Origin: Vicinamibacteria bacterium
GTDB taxonomy: Bacteria > Acidobacteriota > Vicinamibacteria > Marinacidobacterales > Marinacidobacteraceae
DNA: 64,000 nt
Direction: 5' to 3'
NCBI GenBank assembly: GCA_963668695.2
Contig: CAXXLQ010000004.1
Span: forward strand, 736,001 to 800,000
Shown here: positions 53,076-63,045 of the stretch, piece by piece
How the letters are laid out: each line of letters begins with the position of its first letter
Numbering within the stretch: position 1 is the stretch's first letter
Translations under genes and position numbers: made by a program
Notes under the pieces: generated by a model
Told to the model about the DNA's origin: nothing
Seen by the model: only the letters and a program-made list of their open reading frames with translations
Databases searched by the model: none

Positions 53076-54431
53076 CTACAGCCTGCGCTTGGCGGCTTTG
53101 AGCTGCGCCCGGATGTCGCCGGCGCCGCCGCGGACGCTGCGGCGATTGACCGACGCCCGGTAGTCCCAGACGCCCTTCACCTGGTCGTCGAAGACCGGAG
53201 AGAAGGTGTGGAGGGTGGCGAGATCCAGATCGGGCGGCTCGGCGGATTCCCGCTCGCAGTGGGCGAAGATCTCGCCGGAAACCCGGTGGGCGTCGCGGAA
53301 GGGGAGTCCGCGTTCCACCAGGTATTCCGCGAGATCCGTCGCGAGGAGATCCCAGGAGAGCGCGGCCCGCATCCTTTCTTCCGAAATCCGCATCGTCGCG
53401 ATCGTGCCTTCGGCGACCGGAAGCGCGAGGCGCAAGGTGTCCAGGGTGTCGAAGCAGGGTTCCTTGTCTTCCTGCAGGTCGCGCTGGTAGCCGGAGGCCA
53501 GCCCCTTCCCTACCGTCAGCAGCGCGACGAGATTGCCGATCAATCGGCCCGCCTTTCCCCGGATCAGCTCGCAGCCGTCGGGGTTGCGCTTTTGGGGCAT
53601 GAGACTGGACCCCGTGGACCACGCGTCGCCGAGCCGCACGAAACCGAACTCGGCCGAAGACCAGAGCACGAGGTCCTCGGCAAGCCGGGAGAGCTGGACT
53701 CCCAGAATCGCGCCGGCGGCCAGGAACTCCATCGCGTAGTCGCGCGTCCCCACGGCGTCCACGCTGTTTTCGAGGACTTCGGCAAGCCCCAGTTCGTCGG
53801 CGATCGCCCGGCGGTCCACCGGATACGGATTTCCGGCGAGGGCCCCGGCTCCCATGGGGGAGGCGTCCGCCCGCCTGCCGGCGGCTTCGAGGCGCTCGCG
53901 ATCGCGCGTCAAAGCCCAAAAGTGGGCGAGCAGGAGGTGGCCGAACACCACCGGTTGGGCGCGCTGGAGGTGGGTGTACCCCGGGACCAGCGTGTCTCGA
54001 GACTCTTCGGCCCGGGCGAGCACCGCGGTCCGGAGGCGGTCGAGCCCCTCGACCAGCGTGGAGATCGCGCTCCCCAGGTACAACCGGAATTCGGTCTGGG
54101 AGAGGTCGTTGCGGCTCCTCCCGGTGGGGAGTTTCCGGGCCAGCTCGCCGATCTCGTCGGAGAGGAGACGCTCCACCGCGGTGTGGATGTCCTCATCGTC
54201 GAGGGGTGGCGGCGGATCGGCGGCGAGCACGGCGCCCACCCGGTCGAGCCCGGCGAGCATCCGGTCGAGCTCCGCGGAACTCAGCACCCCCGCCGCGCCC
54301 AGCGCGCGGGCATAGGCCTGGTTGACGCGGATCTCCTCCGCGTGGAGGCGCCGGTCGAAGTGGACGGACTTCCCCAGGCGGTCGAGCGCGTCCGCGGGCG
54401 GCGCGGAGAATCGCCCGCCCCAGAGCTTCAT
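53076..54431 (-). CDS. argH: Argininosuccinate lyase
   Basis: MKLWGGRF, EDIH, GRSRND, PGYTHLQRAQP, TGSSLMPQKRNPD..ELIRGK. Confidence 0.97.
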   Translation of the reverse strand: MKLWGGRFSAPPADALDRLGKSVHFDRRLHAEEIRVNQAYARALGAAGVLSSAELDRMLAGLDRVGAVLAADPPPPLDDEDIHTAVERLLSDEIGELARKLPTGRSRNDLSQTEFRLYLGSAISTLVEGLDRLRTAVLARAEESRDTLVPGYTHLQRAQPVVFGHLLLAHFWALTRDRERLEAAGRRADASPMGAGALAGNPYPVDRRAIADELGLAEVLENSVDAVGTRDYAMEFLAAGAILGVQLSRLAEDLVLWSSAEFGFVRLGDAWSTGSSLMPQKRNPDGCELIRGKAGRLIGNLVALLTVGKGLASGYQRDLQEDKEPCFDTLDTLRLALPVAEGTIATMRISEERMRAALSWDLLATDLAEYLVERGLPFRDAHRVSGEIFAHCERESAEPPDLDLATLHTFSPVFDDQVKGVWDYRASVNRRSVRGGAGDIRAQLKAAKRRL

Positions 54432-55642
54432 GACTCCTCGGTCGGCGAATCCACGCCGGAGAGACGCCGGATGCGCTCGGGGAGACCGAAGAGGCGGATG
54501 AAGCCCTCGGCGTCCGCCTGCCGGTACACCTCGTCGGCGCCGAAGGTAGCGAAGTCCTCCCGGTACAGGCTCTTCGGGCTCTTTCGTCCCACCGCCTGAG
54601 CGACGCCCCGGTGCAGGCGGACCCGCGCCGTTCCGGTCGTGTTCCGATGCGCTTCGATAAAGAAGGCATCGAGGGCTTCGCGGAGGGCCGAGAACCACTT
54701 GCCGTCGTACACCAGCTCGGCGTAGCGGAGCGCCACGGAAGCGGCGAAGTGGTCCGTCGCCCGGTCCAGCGTGAGGCTCTGGAGCGCGGCCTTGGCCTCG
54801 TGGAGGATCGTGCCGCCCGGGGTCTCGTACACGCCGCGTGACTTCATCCCGACGAGGCGGTTTTCGACGATGTCCACCCGGCCCACGCCGTGGCGCGCGC
54901 CCGCCGCGTTGAGGCGGGTGAGAAGCGCCGCCGGAGTGAGGCGCTCGCCGTCCACCGAAACCGGAATGCCCCTCTCGAAACCAACGTCCACCGCCTCCGG
55001 AGCGGACTCCGTCTGATCGGGGTTGCGGGTTATGCGGTAGAGGCTCGCCGGAGGCGCGTTCCAGGGATCTTCCAGATCTTCTCCCTCGTGGCTCAGGTGG
55101 AGAAGGTTCTGGTCGCGGCTGTAGAGGTCCCCGGCCTTTTGTTCGACCGGGACCCCGTGGAGGGCCGCGTAGGCAAGGGCGTCCTCCCGCGAGCGGATGT
55201 CCCAAAGGCGCCAGGGGGCGATCACCTCGAGGTCGGGCGCGAGGGCGTGAAAGGCGAGTTCGAAGCGCACCTGGTCGTTGCCCTTCCCGGTGCAGCCGTG
55301 GGCCACCGCGTCCGCGCGTTCGCGCCGGGCGATGTCCACCTGGTACTTCGCGATCGTCGGTCGCGCGAGCGAGGTGCCGAGGAGGTATTTGCCCTCATAC
55401 ACCGCGCCGGCCCGAACCGCCGGAAAGACATAGTTGCCGACGAATTCGTCGCGGAGATCTTCGACGAAGACCGCGGAGGCCCCGGAGGCGATCGCCTTCT
55501 CCGAAGCGGCCTCAAGGTCCTCGTTCTGGCCCACATCGGCGATAACGGCAAGGACTTCGGCGTCGTAGTTTTCCCTGAGCCAGGGAATGGCGCAGGAGGT
55601 GTCGAGACCTCCGGAATAGGCAAGGGCAATACGTTTGGGCAT
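54428..55642 (-). CDS. argG: Argininosuccinate synthase
   Basis: LAYSGGLDTS, YLLGTSLARP, HGCTGKGNDQVRFE, ENRLVGMKSRGVYETPG. Confidence 0.97.
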   Translation of the reverse strand: MPKRIALAYSGGLDTSCAIPWLRENYDAEVLAVIADVGQNEDLEAASEKAIASGASAVFVEDLRDEFVGNYVFPAVRAGAVYEGKYLLGTSLARPTIAKYQVDIARRERADAVAHGCTGKGNDQVRFELAFHALAPDLEVIAPWRLWDIRSREDALAYAALHGVPVEQKAGDLYSRDQNLLHLSHEGEDLEDPWNAPPASLYRITRNPDQTESAPEAVDVGFERGIPVSVDGERLTPAALLTRLNAAGARHGVGRVDIVENRLVGMKSRGVYETPGGTILHEAKAALQSLTLDRATDHFAASVALRYAELVYDGKWFSALREALDAFFIEAHRNTTGTARVRLHRGVAQAVGRKSPKSLYREDFATFGADEVYRQADAEGFIRLFGLPERIRRLSGVDSPTEES

Positions 55643-55733
55643 GGCGATAGGGGCTCGAATTCGGATGTCCGGGCAGCAGACCCGGCGAAGTGCAGCGCGA
55701 CGACCCCGTCCGGGACGCGCAGAATACTGTCTC

Positions 55734-56669
55734 GTGACCTTCTGGCGCCGCAGGAAACCAACGTGGCCACCCGGTGGTGCGGTCCCCGGCCGCCCCGGAG
55801 AGGGCCGGCTCCGTGAAGTCCCGGAACCGGATCCGCTGGAGGACGAGAACGCCCTCGCCCGCGGCTCGGGACCGGACGGCGGCGATCTCGGGGAGGGCGA
55901 GGACTTTACGCAGCTCGAGGGATCGGATGGTGGGGAGATCGAGCCGCACCCGGCGCAGGCCGCATCCGAGAGGCGCGCGGCCAGGTTCTGGGGTCGGCTG
56001 GGAGCCGGAGCGCCGGAAGCCGTCACCTCCGAACCCCACGTGGTCTCGACGCTCCTTTCGAAAAAACCCGGAAAGGACGCCGCCCGCGCGGTTGCCTGGA
56101 CGCTCGGGGTACTGCTCTTCGTCAGCGCGCTCTATTGGTGGGGGCCGCCGGGGTTCGCGGCAGCGCTTCCGGCGAGCGGCGAAACGGTGTTCGAGCAGGG
56201 GGAAGCCTGGCGGCTCGTGACCGCCCTCGCGGCCCACGCCGACCCGATCCACCTTCTCTCGAACGCGGTCTTCCTCACCTGGCTGATCTATCTCTCGTAC
56301 GGAGCCTTTGGGCCGAGCCTCTATCCGTGGACCGCAGTGCCGCTCTCGGCGGTCGCGCTCGCGGTGACCCTCGAGGGTTACCCGCCGAACATCCGCGTCG
56401 TCGGAGCGTCCGGCATGCTGTATCTGCTCGCCGGCGCCTGGCTCATGCTTTACGTGCTGGTGGAGCGACGCCTCTCGGTGCTGAAACGGATCGTGCGGGT
56501 GGTCGGTTTCTTCCTGGTCGTCCTCGTTCCGACGTCGATCCGCCCGGAGGTGAGCTACCGGGCTCACGGGATCGGGCTGTTCTTTGGAATCTGCCTGGGG
56601 CTTGCGTATTTCCTGGCCCGCCGGGACACCATCCGGCAGGGTGAGCGCTGGGAGTGGGAGGAGGGCTGA
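55734..56669 (+). CDS. Rhomboid family intramembrane serine protease (start uncertain)
   Basis: WRLVTA...H.D..HLLSN, GASG, S.RAH..G. Confidence 0.85.
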   Translation: MTFWRRRKPTWPPGGAVPGRPGEGRLREVPEPDPLEDENALARGSGPDGGDLGEGEDFTQLEGSDGGEIEPHPAQAASERRAARFWGRLGAGAPEAVTSEPHVVSTLLSKKPGKDAARAVAWTLGVLLFVSALYWWGPPGFAAALPASGETVFEQGEAWRLVTALAAHADPIHLLSNAVFLTWLIYLSYGAFGPSLYPWTAVPLSAVALAVTLEGYPPNIRVVGASGMLYLLAGAWLMLYVLVERRLSVLKRIVRVVGFFLVVLVPTSIRPEVSYRAHGIGLFFGICLGLAYFLARRDTIRQGERWEWEEG

Positions 56670-56679
56670 GAGGAGGGCG

Positions 56680-56750
56680 GTGGCGTGGGAGCCGTCCCCG
56701 GGGTGGGTCCGGGCATGGGGGTGGTTGGCGATGGGAGTTACGCCCCGCTG
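56680..56750. repeat. 71-bp exact direct repeat, left copy (right copy 57931-58001)
   Basis: GTGGCGTGGGAGCCGTCCCCGGGG...GAGTTACGCCCCGCTG identical at both positions. Confidence 0.95.
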
Positions 56751-56758
56751 AGCGGCGG

Positions 56759-57656
56759 GTGCAGCCGCACCCAGAGTGGATCGAGCGGCTGCGGGAGCGG
56801 ACGAAGACGACGGACCGTCTGCTGCGGGAGCAGCTCCGGCAGTGCCAGCGGATCCGGAACGCGCTGGTGAACTAGTTCCCGCAGATGCTGGAGGTGGCGC
56901 CCAAGCTGAAGCACCTGGGGCAGCCCTTGTTCCGGGAGATCTGGGGGAAGGCGTCGACACCGGCGGCGGCGCGGAAGGTGCGGTGCTCCACCTGGGAGAA
57001 GCTGCTGCGGCGCTACGGGGTGACCCGGATCAGTGCGGACCGGGTGGTTGCGTTGTTTCGCGAGGAGGCGCTGACGGTGGCGCCCGGGGCCACCGCCGCG
57101 GCGGTGGAGACGATTCGGACGGCGTTGGCGCTACTGGAGGTTGTGAACGCGGAGATCGCGCGTGCGGAGAAGCAGATGACGCAGTTCCTGGATGCGCTGT
57201 CGGAGACGGAAGCGGTGGGAGGCGGCGCGGGCGCGACGGCCCCGGATCTGGTCACCATCCTGCGGTCTCGGAAGGGGTTGGGAGACAAGGCGCTGGCGCG
57301 GCTGTTCGCCTGGGGGTTCGAGGCGGTGTGCGCCGCTGACTACGGCCGGTTGCGAGTGGCCTCCGGGGCGGGGCCCCCCCGTCCGGGTGCAGTCCGGGGC
57401 GCGCGACACGGCCCGGATGCGGCGTGCGGTGCCCTATTCGCTGCAGCAGGCCGCCTACCTCCTGGCACGCGGGGTGTTGCGCTGGGACGAAGACGTGAAG
57501 GCATACAACCGGAAGCTGAAGGACGCGGGGAAGACGACGGCCCGGCGGCACCGCGCCATCGCCGACCAGCAGTTCCGGGTGCTATGCGCGATGGCGCGAC
57601 ACCGCACCTTCTTCGACCCGAACTTCGCCGCCAGGAGCCCAAAATCCGCCGCCTGA
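56759..57656 (+). pseudogene. IS110-family transposase remnant
   Basis: LRER....LL.EQ.R...RIR..L..(TAG at 56873)FPQML; ILRS.KGLG....A.L; frameshift near 57378 into VRVQSG....RMRRA...L..A.Y...RA.AD...RVLCAM.RHRT.FDP; N-terminal DEDD domain absent. Confidence 0.85.
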
Positions 57657-57661
57657 CTTAA

Positions 57662-57840
57662 CAGCCTGTGGTGAAACCCACGCGGCGTTCGAGCGGCGAT
57701 CCATCCCGCCTGAACCGCGCCGCTTTGCGGCGCTCTGCGTTGCGTTTCGGTCGAAATACACCAGGTATTCCTCCCTCACGCGCCTTGTCAGCCGGGCGCC
57801 TCCCCGCTCTCGGCGCTCACCCGGGTTCCACCACAGGCTG
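57662..57840 (+). mobile_element. MITE-like element copy 6
   Basis: TTAA-CAGCCTGTGGTGAAACCC...GGGTTCCACCACAGGCTG-TTAA. Confidence 0.9.
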
Positions 57841-57930
57841 TTAACCCTCCCTTCCTCCTTGCATTCTCCAGGAGAGTCCACCGGGAGAACCGGTCGGCGC
57901 TCCTACGCCGGGCGGTGCCGGTCCAGGGCT

Positions 57931-58001
57931 GTGGCGTGGGAGCCGTCCCCGGGGTGGGTCCGGGCATGGGGGTGGTTGGCGATGGGAGTTACGCCCCGCT
58001 G
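57931..58001. repeat. 71-bp exact direct repeat, right copy
   Basis: Identical to 56680-56750. Confidence 0.95.
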
Positions 58002-58115
58002 CGCGGGGCGATGCCGGTCTGAAGACCGGCGCTCCTGTCCGGCCGCGATGCCGGTCTGAAGGCCCCCACCGGGAGAACCGGTCGGCGCTCCTGCCGGCGC
58101 TCCTGCTGGCGCTCC

Positions 58116-58790
58116 TTACGACCTGGGGCGCGGGGACACCGCCGCGGCGCGCTCCGAGACCTTCGTATAGAGCCGGGCCAGATTCCCTCGCAGGATCGGA
58201 TCGTCGCGGAAGGCTTCCGCCCGCTGGACCACGGGAAGCAGCGAGTCGGAACTCGGGTCGGGCGACTGATCGAGGATTTCCTGAAGCTCATCGAGCTGGA
58301 TGGCCGGCCGGCCGGTCCCGCCCGCTCTCCAGCGCCGGACGATCCCGGCGATCACCGACTGCCGGTCGGCGCCGCGGAACAGGAGCAGACGAAACGGGTC
58401 GACGGCGAAGTGTTCGGCAATCAGCTGGATTCCGCGCGCCACGGTCTCGGGGGGGCAGCCGTCCGGGCCCAGGACGAGGCGGCTTGGCGGCGGCACGAGC
58501 CGCACGCCCACCCGCGCGAGGGCCGACTTTGCCGACCGGGGCAGGTAGCCGGCGAAGAGGGCCGCCGGATGGATCGCCTGCCCCGCGAAGATCTCGAAGA
58601 ACGCGTTCCACCTGCGCTCGTCCAGTACCGGAGTCGCCATTTCAACCGCGGTCGGGCGGAATCCACGCCCCTCCACCAGAGCCTGCGCTTCGCCGGGAAC
58701 GACGGTTACCTTCCCCCGGCGGCGGTCTTCGACGCCGTTATGGGAGACCCTCAGGAAATCTGCCGCCCACCACGGCAGTCCATCGTTCAT
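58116..58790 (-). CDS. SWIM-finger-family partner of SNF2 helicase (COG4279-like), zinc finger degenerate
   Basis: WWA..F, A.V.G....P..VE, A.L.AG.LP, AEHF..DPF.LL.FRG conserved; CxC...CxH motif missing; ATGA-coupled to helicase. Confidence 0.75.
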   Translation of the reverse strand: MNDGLPWWAADFLRVSHNGVEDRRRGKVTVVPGEAQALVEGRGFRPTAVEMATPVLDERRWNAFFEIFAGQAIHPAALFAGYLPRSAKSALARVGVRLVPPPSRLVLGPDGCPPETVARGIQLIAEHFAVDPFRLLLFRGADRQSVIAGIVRRWRAGGTGRPAIQLDELQEILDQSPDPSSDSLLPVVQRAEAFRDDPILRGNLARLYTKVSERAAAVSPRPRS

Positions 58791-61700
58791 TCAGCAACCG
58801 CCTCCGGGCCGAGCACCAGCACATTCTGCAGCGCCTCGGAGGACAGCGAAGTCAGCCACCCTTCTCCCGTTCCGATCACCGACTCAGCGAGGGCGGATTT
58901 GCGCTCCAGGAGGTCGGCGATGCGCTCTTCGAGCGTCCCGGTGCACAGGAATTTGTGGACCAGAACCCGTTTGCGCTGTCCGATGCGGAAAGCCCGGTCG
59001 GTGGCCTGGTTCTCGACTGCTGGATTCCACCACCGGTCGTAGTGCACCACGTGGCTGGCGCGGGTGAGGTTCAGCCCGTATCCGCCCGTCTTGAGCGATA
59101 TGACGAGCAAGGGAGGCGGATCCTCCGCTTCCTGGAAGCGGGTCACGATGGCGTCCCGCTCGGCGAGTGACACCGACCCGTGCATTACCGGGATTTCGGC
59201 GTCGAGAATTTGGGAGAGGTAAGGGGCGAGCAGTTTGGCCATCTCCGCGAACTGGGTGAAGACGAGCGCGCGCTCGCCCTGCTGCACCACCTCGGTGAGG
59301 ATCTCGACGAGCCGGGTCAGCTTCCCGGAACGCCCCGCCAGCTCCCCTCCGCTCGAGAGGAAGTTTTCCGGGTGGTTGCAGATCTGCTTCAGGCGGGTGA
59401 GGGTGCGGAGGATCTCGCCGCGGCGGGCGAATCCGGTGTTGCGCTCGATCCGCTCCAGGCACTGGTCCACGGCAGCCTGGTAGAGCGACGCCTGCTCCAC
59501 GGTGAGGTTGCAGTACACCCGGGTCTGGTGTTTCTCCGGGAGGTCACGGATGACCTTGGGATCGGTCTTCAGCCGGCGCAGGATGAAGGGGCGGATCAGC
59601 CGCCGGAGTTCCTCGGTCGCTTCCGGATCCTGGGCCCCCTCCACCGCCGCGGTGAACGTCCTTCGGAACGTCCGCTCCGGGCCGAGGAAACCGGGGTTCA
59701 GGATTTCCATGATGGACCACAGATCGGTGAGGCGGTTTTCGAGCGGCGTGCCCGTGAGGGCGAAACGGACCGGCGCCTGGAGCCGCCGCACCGCCCGGGT
59801 CTGCTTGGCGCCCGGATTCTTGAGATTCTGGGCCTCATCCACGATGAGTCCGCCCCAGGCGATATCGCGCAACTGATCGAAATCGCGGTGGATGATCCCG
59901 AAAGAACACACGACGAGATCGCTCTCCCGGAGGGCCCGCTCCAGTTCGGCGCCCCGCGATCGCCCCGCACCCTGCCGGATGTGAAGTCGAAGCGAGGGAG
60001 CGAAGCGCTGGGCTTCCTTCCTCCAGTTGGCGACGATGGAGTTGGGGCACACGAGGAGCCACGGTCGGGTCAGCCGGCCCCCCTCCTGCTCTCCGAGCAG
60101 GAACGTGAGCGCCTGGCAGGTCTTGCCGAGCCCCATGTCGTCCGCGAGGCAGCCGCCCAGGCTGTGGTCCGCCAGCAGGCGCAGCCAGCCGTAGCCGACC
60201 CGTTGATACGGGCGGAGTTCCGTTTTGAGACCCGCTGGCGGATCGAGCGGCCCCAATTCCTCCGCCGCGGCTTCCAGGGCATGGAACAGCGAGCCGATCC
60301 AGGACTCCCCCTCGATCTGGGACAGCACCGGCGCCGTCTCCTCCGGCTCGAAGAGTCCGGGGGCCGTCGAAGCAAGCCGCAGCCGCTCGCGGAGCGCGTC
60401 CCGGAGCACGGGAGACCGGTCGGCGTGCGCCCGGCGGCGCGCTGCTTCGGTGAAGAGCCGGTTCACCGCGTCCTGGTCCAGTTCCACCCAGGCATCGCTC
60501 GCCCGGACGAGGCGCCGCTTTCCGCGGGTCAGTCGCCGGAAATCGTCCAGCGTCCAGGTGTGGTCGTCGATCGCCACCTGCCAGCTGTAGCTCACCAGCG
60601 CATCGAGGCCGACGCCGCCCCCCGGAGGGGGTCCCACGGACTCCACGGGCCATGGCGCGGGGGAGAGCGGACCGGAGGATCCGGCACCGGGCCGGACGGT
60701 GAGGCGGAGCGTCGGTTTTCGTCCGCGCCGTCCGGCGAGGGTCGGGGGGATGCGGACCTCGAACCCCTGCTGCACCAGCGCTTGCTCACCTTCGTGAAGA
60801 AACTCGTACGCCTCCGCCGCCGAAATCCATACTTCCTCGGGGGCCGTGCACTCGAGGCCCGGTTCCAGCAGTGCGCAGGCCCGGGAGGCCCGGCCCAGGT
60901 TCTCGAGGAGGGGAATCGCCGGGTCCGCAATCCCGAAACGTCGAAGGTTCGCCGCCGCATCGCGGGCGTTCCAGACCTCGCCAAGGGGCATGAGGACCGC
61001 TTCGCCGGAAGCCGGATTGTCCGCGCCGTTGGAACCGGCCGCTGCCGCGCCGGAAACCGGGGGCGCCACCAGGCGGAAACGGATGCGCCACTCGCGTGAA
61101 TCCGGGTCGTCCGCGGCAGACTTGGCCGCCGAATCCTCGGCAGGAGGCTCCAGCAGGAACATCAATCGAGCACTCCCGACGGATCCCGCGGCCGCGTCCG
61201 CCGCACGGCCTCCCAGGGCGCCGTCCACTCGCCCCAGCGCTTCCGTGGTCTCGCCGCCAAGTCCGCGGGAGGCGCCTGCGAAAAGGTCATCGAGAAACCG
61301 CTCGATTACCTGGTGCCGGCCCCTCGCCGCGTCCGCCGTGCCCGGCGACCAGCCAAGACGCCGTCCCGCATCCCGAACGACGCTGTCTCCGAGCGTCACC
61401 AGGTAGTCGCTGATCGCCGTCTCGGCATCGAAGCCCCCGAGGGCCTCCTCGGGCGCCGCGAGCCGCAGGGCGTCGAGTTCTCGTTGCTGGGAACGGAGAT
61501 CCGCCTGCCAGCGGGAGGCGCCGTCGCTCCCGTTCCGGTGGACCGCGGGGCGGAATCGACCCCGCGAGAGGAGGCCCAGGAGGAACCGGCTGGCCAGGGA
61601 CCAAAAACGAAGCGAGGCGGCCCGAAAATCCGGATCTCCCTCGCGGGGGGCGCAGGCGGCAAGCGTCGCCGCCGCTTCGAGCGGCGAGAGGGTCAGTCCG

Positions 61701-61831
61701 GGTCCGGCACACCCCGGGTTTGACGATTCGAAGGCGGCGGGCTCTGCCGGAGCCGGCCAGCGGTCTCCTACCCGGCGACTGAGCCACCCGGCCAGTTCGT
61801 GCGGCGGAACTTCCGGCGCCCAAAAATGCAA
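58787..61831 (-). CDS. SNF2/Swi2-family DEAD/H helicase with DUF3670-like N-terminal region (start uncertain)
   Basis: LRPYQ, CLADDMGLGKT, DEAQNLKN, LTGTPLENRL, LKQICNHP, FTQF, GLNLT.A, DRWWNPAVENQATDRAFRIGQ. Confidence 0.95.
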   Translation of the reverse strand: MHFWAPEVPPHELAGWLSRRVGDRWPAPAEPAAFESSNPGCAGPGLTLSPLEAAATLAACAPREGDPDFRAASLRFWSLASRFLLGLLSRGRFRPAVHRNGSDGASRWQADLRSQQRELDALRLAAPEEALGGFDAETAISDYLVTLGDSVVRDAGRRLGWSPGTADAARGRHQVIERFLDDLFAGASRGLGGETTEALGRVDGALGGRAADAAAGSVGSARLMFLLEPPAEDSAAKSAADDPDSREWRIRFRLVAPPVSGAAAAGSNGADNPASGEAVLMPLGEVWNARDAAANLRRFGIADPAIPLLENLGRASRACALLEPGLECTAPEEVWISAAEAYEFLHEGEQALVQQGFEVRIPPTLAGRRGRKPTLRLTVRPGAGSSGPLSPAPWPVESVGPPPGGGVGLDALVSYSWQVAIDDHTWTLDDFRRLTRGKRRLVRASDAWVELDQDAVNRLFTEAARRRAHADRSPVLRDALRERLRLASTAPGLFEPEETAPVLSQIEGESWIGSLFHALEAAAEELGPLDPPAGLKTELRPYQRVGYGWLRLLADHSLGGCLADDMGLGKTCQALTFLLGEQEGGRLTRPWLLVCPNSIVANWRKEAQRFAPSLRLHIRQGAGRSRGAELERALRESDLVVCSFGIIHRDFDQLRDIAWGGLIVDEAQNLKNPGAKQTRAVRRLQAPVRFALTGTPLENRLTDLWSIMEILNPGFLGPERTFRRTFTAAVEGAQDPEATEELRRLIRPFILRRLKTDPKVIRDLPEKHQTRVYCNLTVEQASLYQAAVDQCLERIERNTGFARRGEILRTLTRLKQICNHPENFLSSGGELAGRSGKLTRLVEILTEVVQQGERALVFTQFAEMAKLLAPYLSQILDAEIPVMHGSVSLAERDAIVTRFQEAEDPPPLLVISLKTGGYGLNLTRASHVVHYDRWWNPAVENQATDRAFRIGQRKRVLVHKFLCTGTLEERIADLLERKSALAESVIGTGEGWLTSLSSEALQNVLVLGPEAVAE

Positions 61832-61966
61832 CCGACCGGCAGGGGCCAGCGTGGCTTCGAGACGGAAGGGAGGGGCCGGGAGAGACAGAACCGGCCAGTG
61901 TACGCGAGCCTCGCGTTTGCCGCCTAAAGCACAACCTGAGCTATCAAGAAAGTTTGGCGAAGACGC

Positions 61967-62893
61967 CTATTTCGGCCGGCTGAACTCCAGGTTGGCAACC
62001 AACGGGCAGTGGTCGGAAAGCCGGTCGCGAGCGGATTCGGGCGCCTCGTAGAGCACCTCTGCGAAGGCGCTCGAGGCTGCCGATTGGCCCGGCGGAGCAA
62101 AGGCCACGATGTGATCCACGTAGTTGTCGAAGCGGCCGCTCCAGCACGCCGGCGCCCGGGAGGCGGGCGGGAGGACGAGCGGATTCCCGGGGAATTCCTC
62201 GATCGTCCCGTCATCCGGATGCGAAAGGAAGCGGTTCCAGTCACCCGCCACGACCGCCGGAATCCCCTCCCCCAGCCGCTTGAAGAGCCATCCCTTGAGT
62301 ACCGCCAACTGCATCCTCAGGAACCCGCACGGACGTTCGCCGGAGTGCAGAGAATCTCCCTGACAGCCCGATTGGAAGTGGACGGTGAGCACGCGCACCC
62401 GCTCCTGTCCGCGCGACAGGGTGACGTCCACGCCGTGCCGGTCGCGGCCCTGCGGGGACCACTCCACGATGTCGGGGTGCCGCTCGACCCGCCAGCCCGC
62501 GGAGCGGCGCACGACGATCGCCGTGCGTTGGGACCATTCCGGATCGGTGTCGCGGCGCGACAGGAAGAGCTCCCAATCGGTCTCCGGAAAGATCCGGCGG
62601 ACGGCGTCCGCGTTTTCGACCTCCTGCAGGCCGACGACCTCGACCCCGTGGTCCGCGAGCCGCGTCACGATGGCTCCGAGCCGGTCGAAATCGGCCGCTT
62701 CGCGCAGGTAACGGCCGCCCCGCTGATTGCCCCGGAGGACTTCGTCCTGAATCCCGTCGCCGAACCAGGCGATGTTCCAGGTGGCGACGGTGAGCTGGGT
62801 GGTTGAGTGCTGCGCCAGCGCGCCCGCTCCGGCGACGAGCAGGAGCGCGAACACCCCTGCTATCCGGCGGACGAGGACGGGCGGGATGCGCAT
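61967..62893 (-). CDS. Secreted endonuclease/exonuclease/phosphatase family protein
   Basis: Signal peptide; VATWNI, GLQEVE, VHFQSGC, AGDWNR, VDHI, SDHCP. Confidence 0.9.
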   Translation of the reverse strand: MRIPPVLVRRIAGVFALLLVAGAGALAQHSTTQLTVATWNIAWFGDGIQDEVLRGNQRGGRYLREAADFDRLGAIVTRLADHGVEVVGLQEVENADAVRRIFPETDWELFLSRRDTDPEWSQRTAIVVRRSAGWRVERHPDIVEWSPQGRDRHGVDVTLSRGQERVRVLTVHFQSGCQGDSLHSGERPCGFLRMQLAVLKGWLFKRLGEGIPAVVAGDWNRFLSHPDDGTIEEFPGNPLVLPPASRAPACWSGRFDNYVDHIVAFAPPGQSAASSAFAEVLYEAPESARDRLSDHCPLVANLEFSRPK

Positions 62894-63045
62894 TCGGACC
62901 TTCACCCACGCAGAGTACAGGGGCCCACGGGATGGCGCGCGACAGCGGAGCGCCGGCCAGTTCTCCCGGTGGGGGCCTCCGACCGGCATCGCGCGGGAGC
63001 GCGAAACCCGCGCTGAGGACGCTGCGCGCCGTTCAAGAATTCGGG

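Noticed and set aside
58086-58115. Short tandem GGCGCTCCTGC(C/T) x3
   Set aside because: Explained as slippage of the REP foot sequence; no independent significance.
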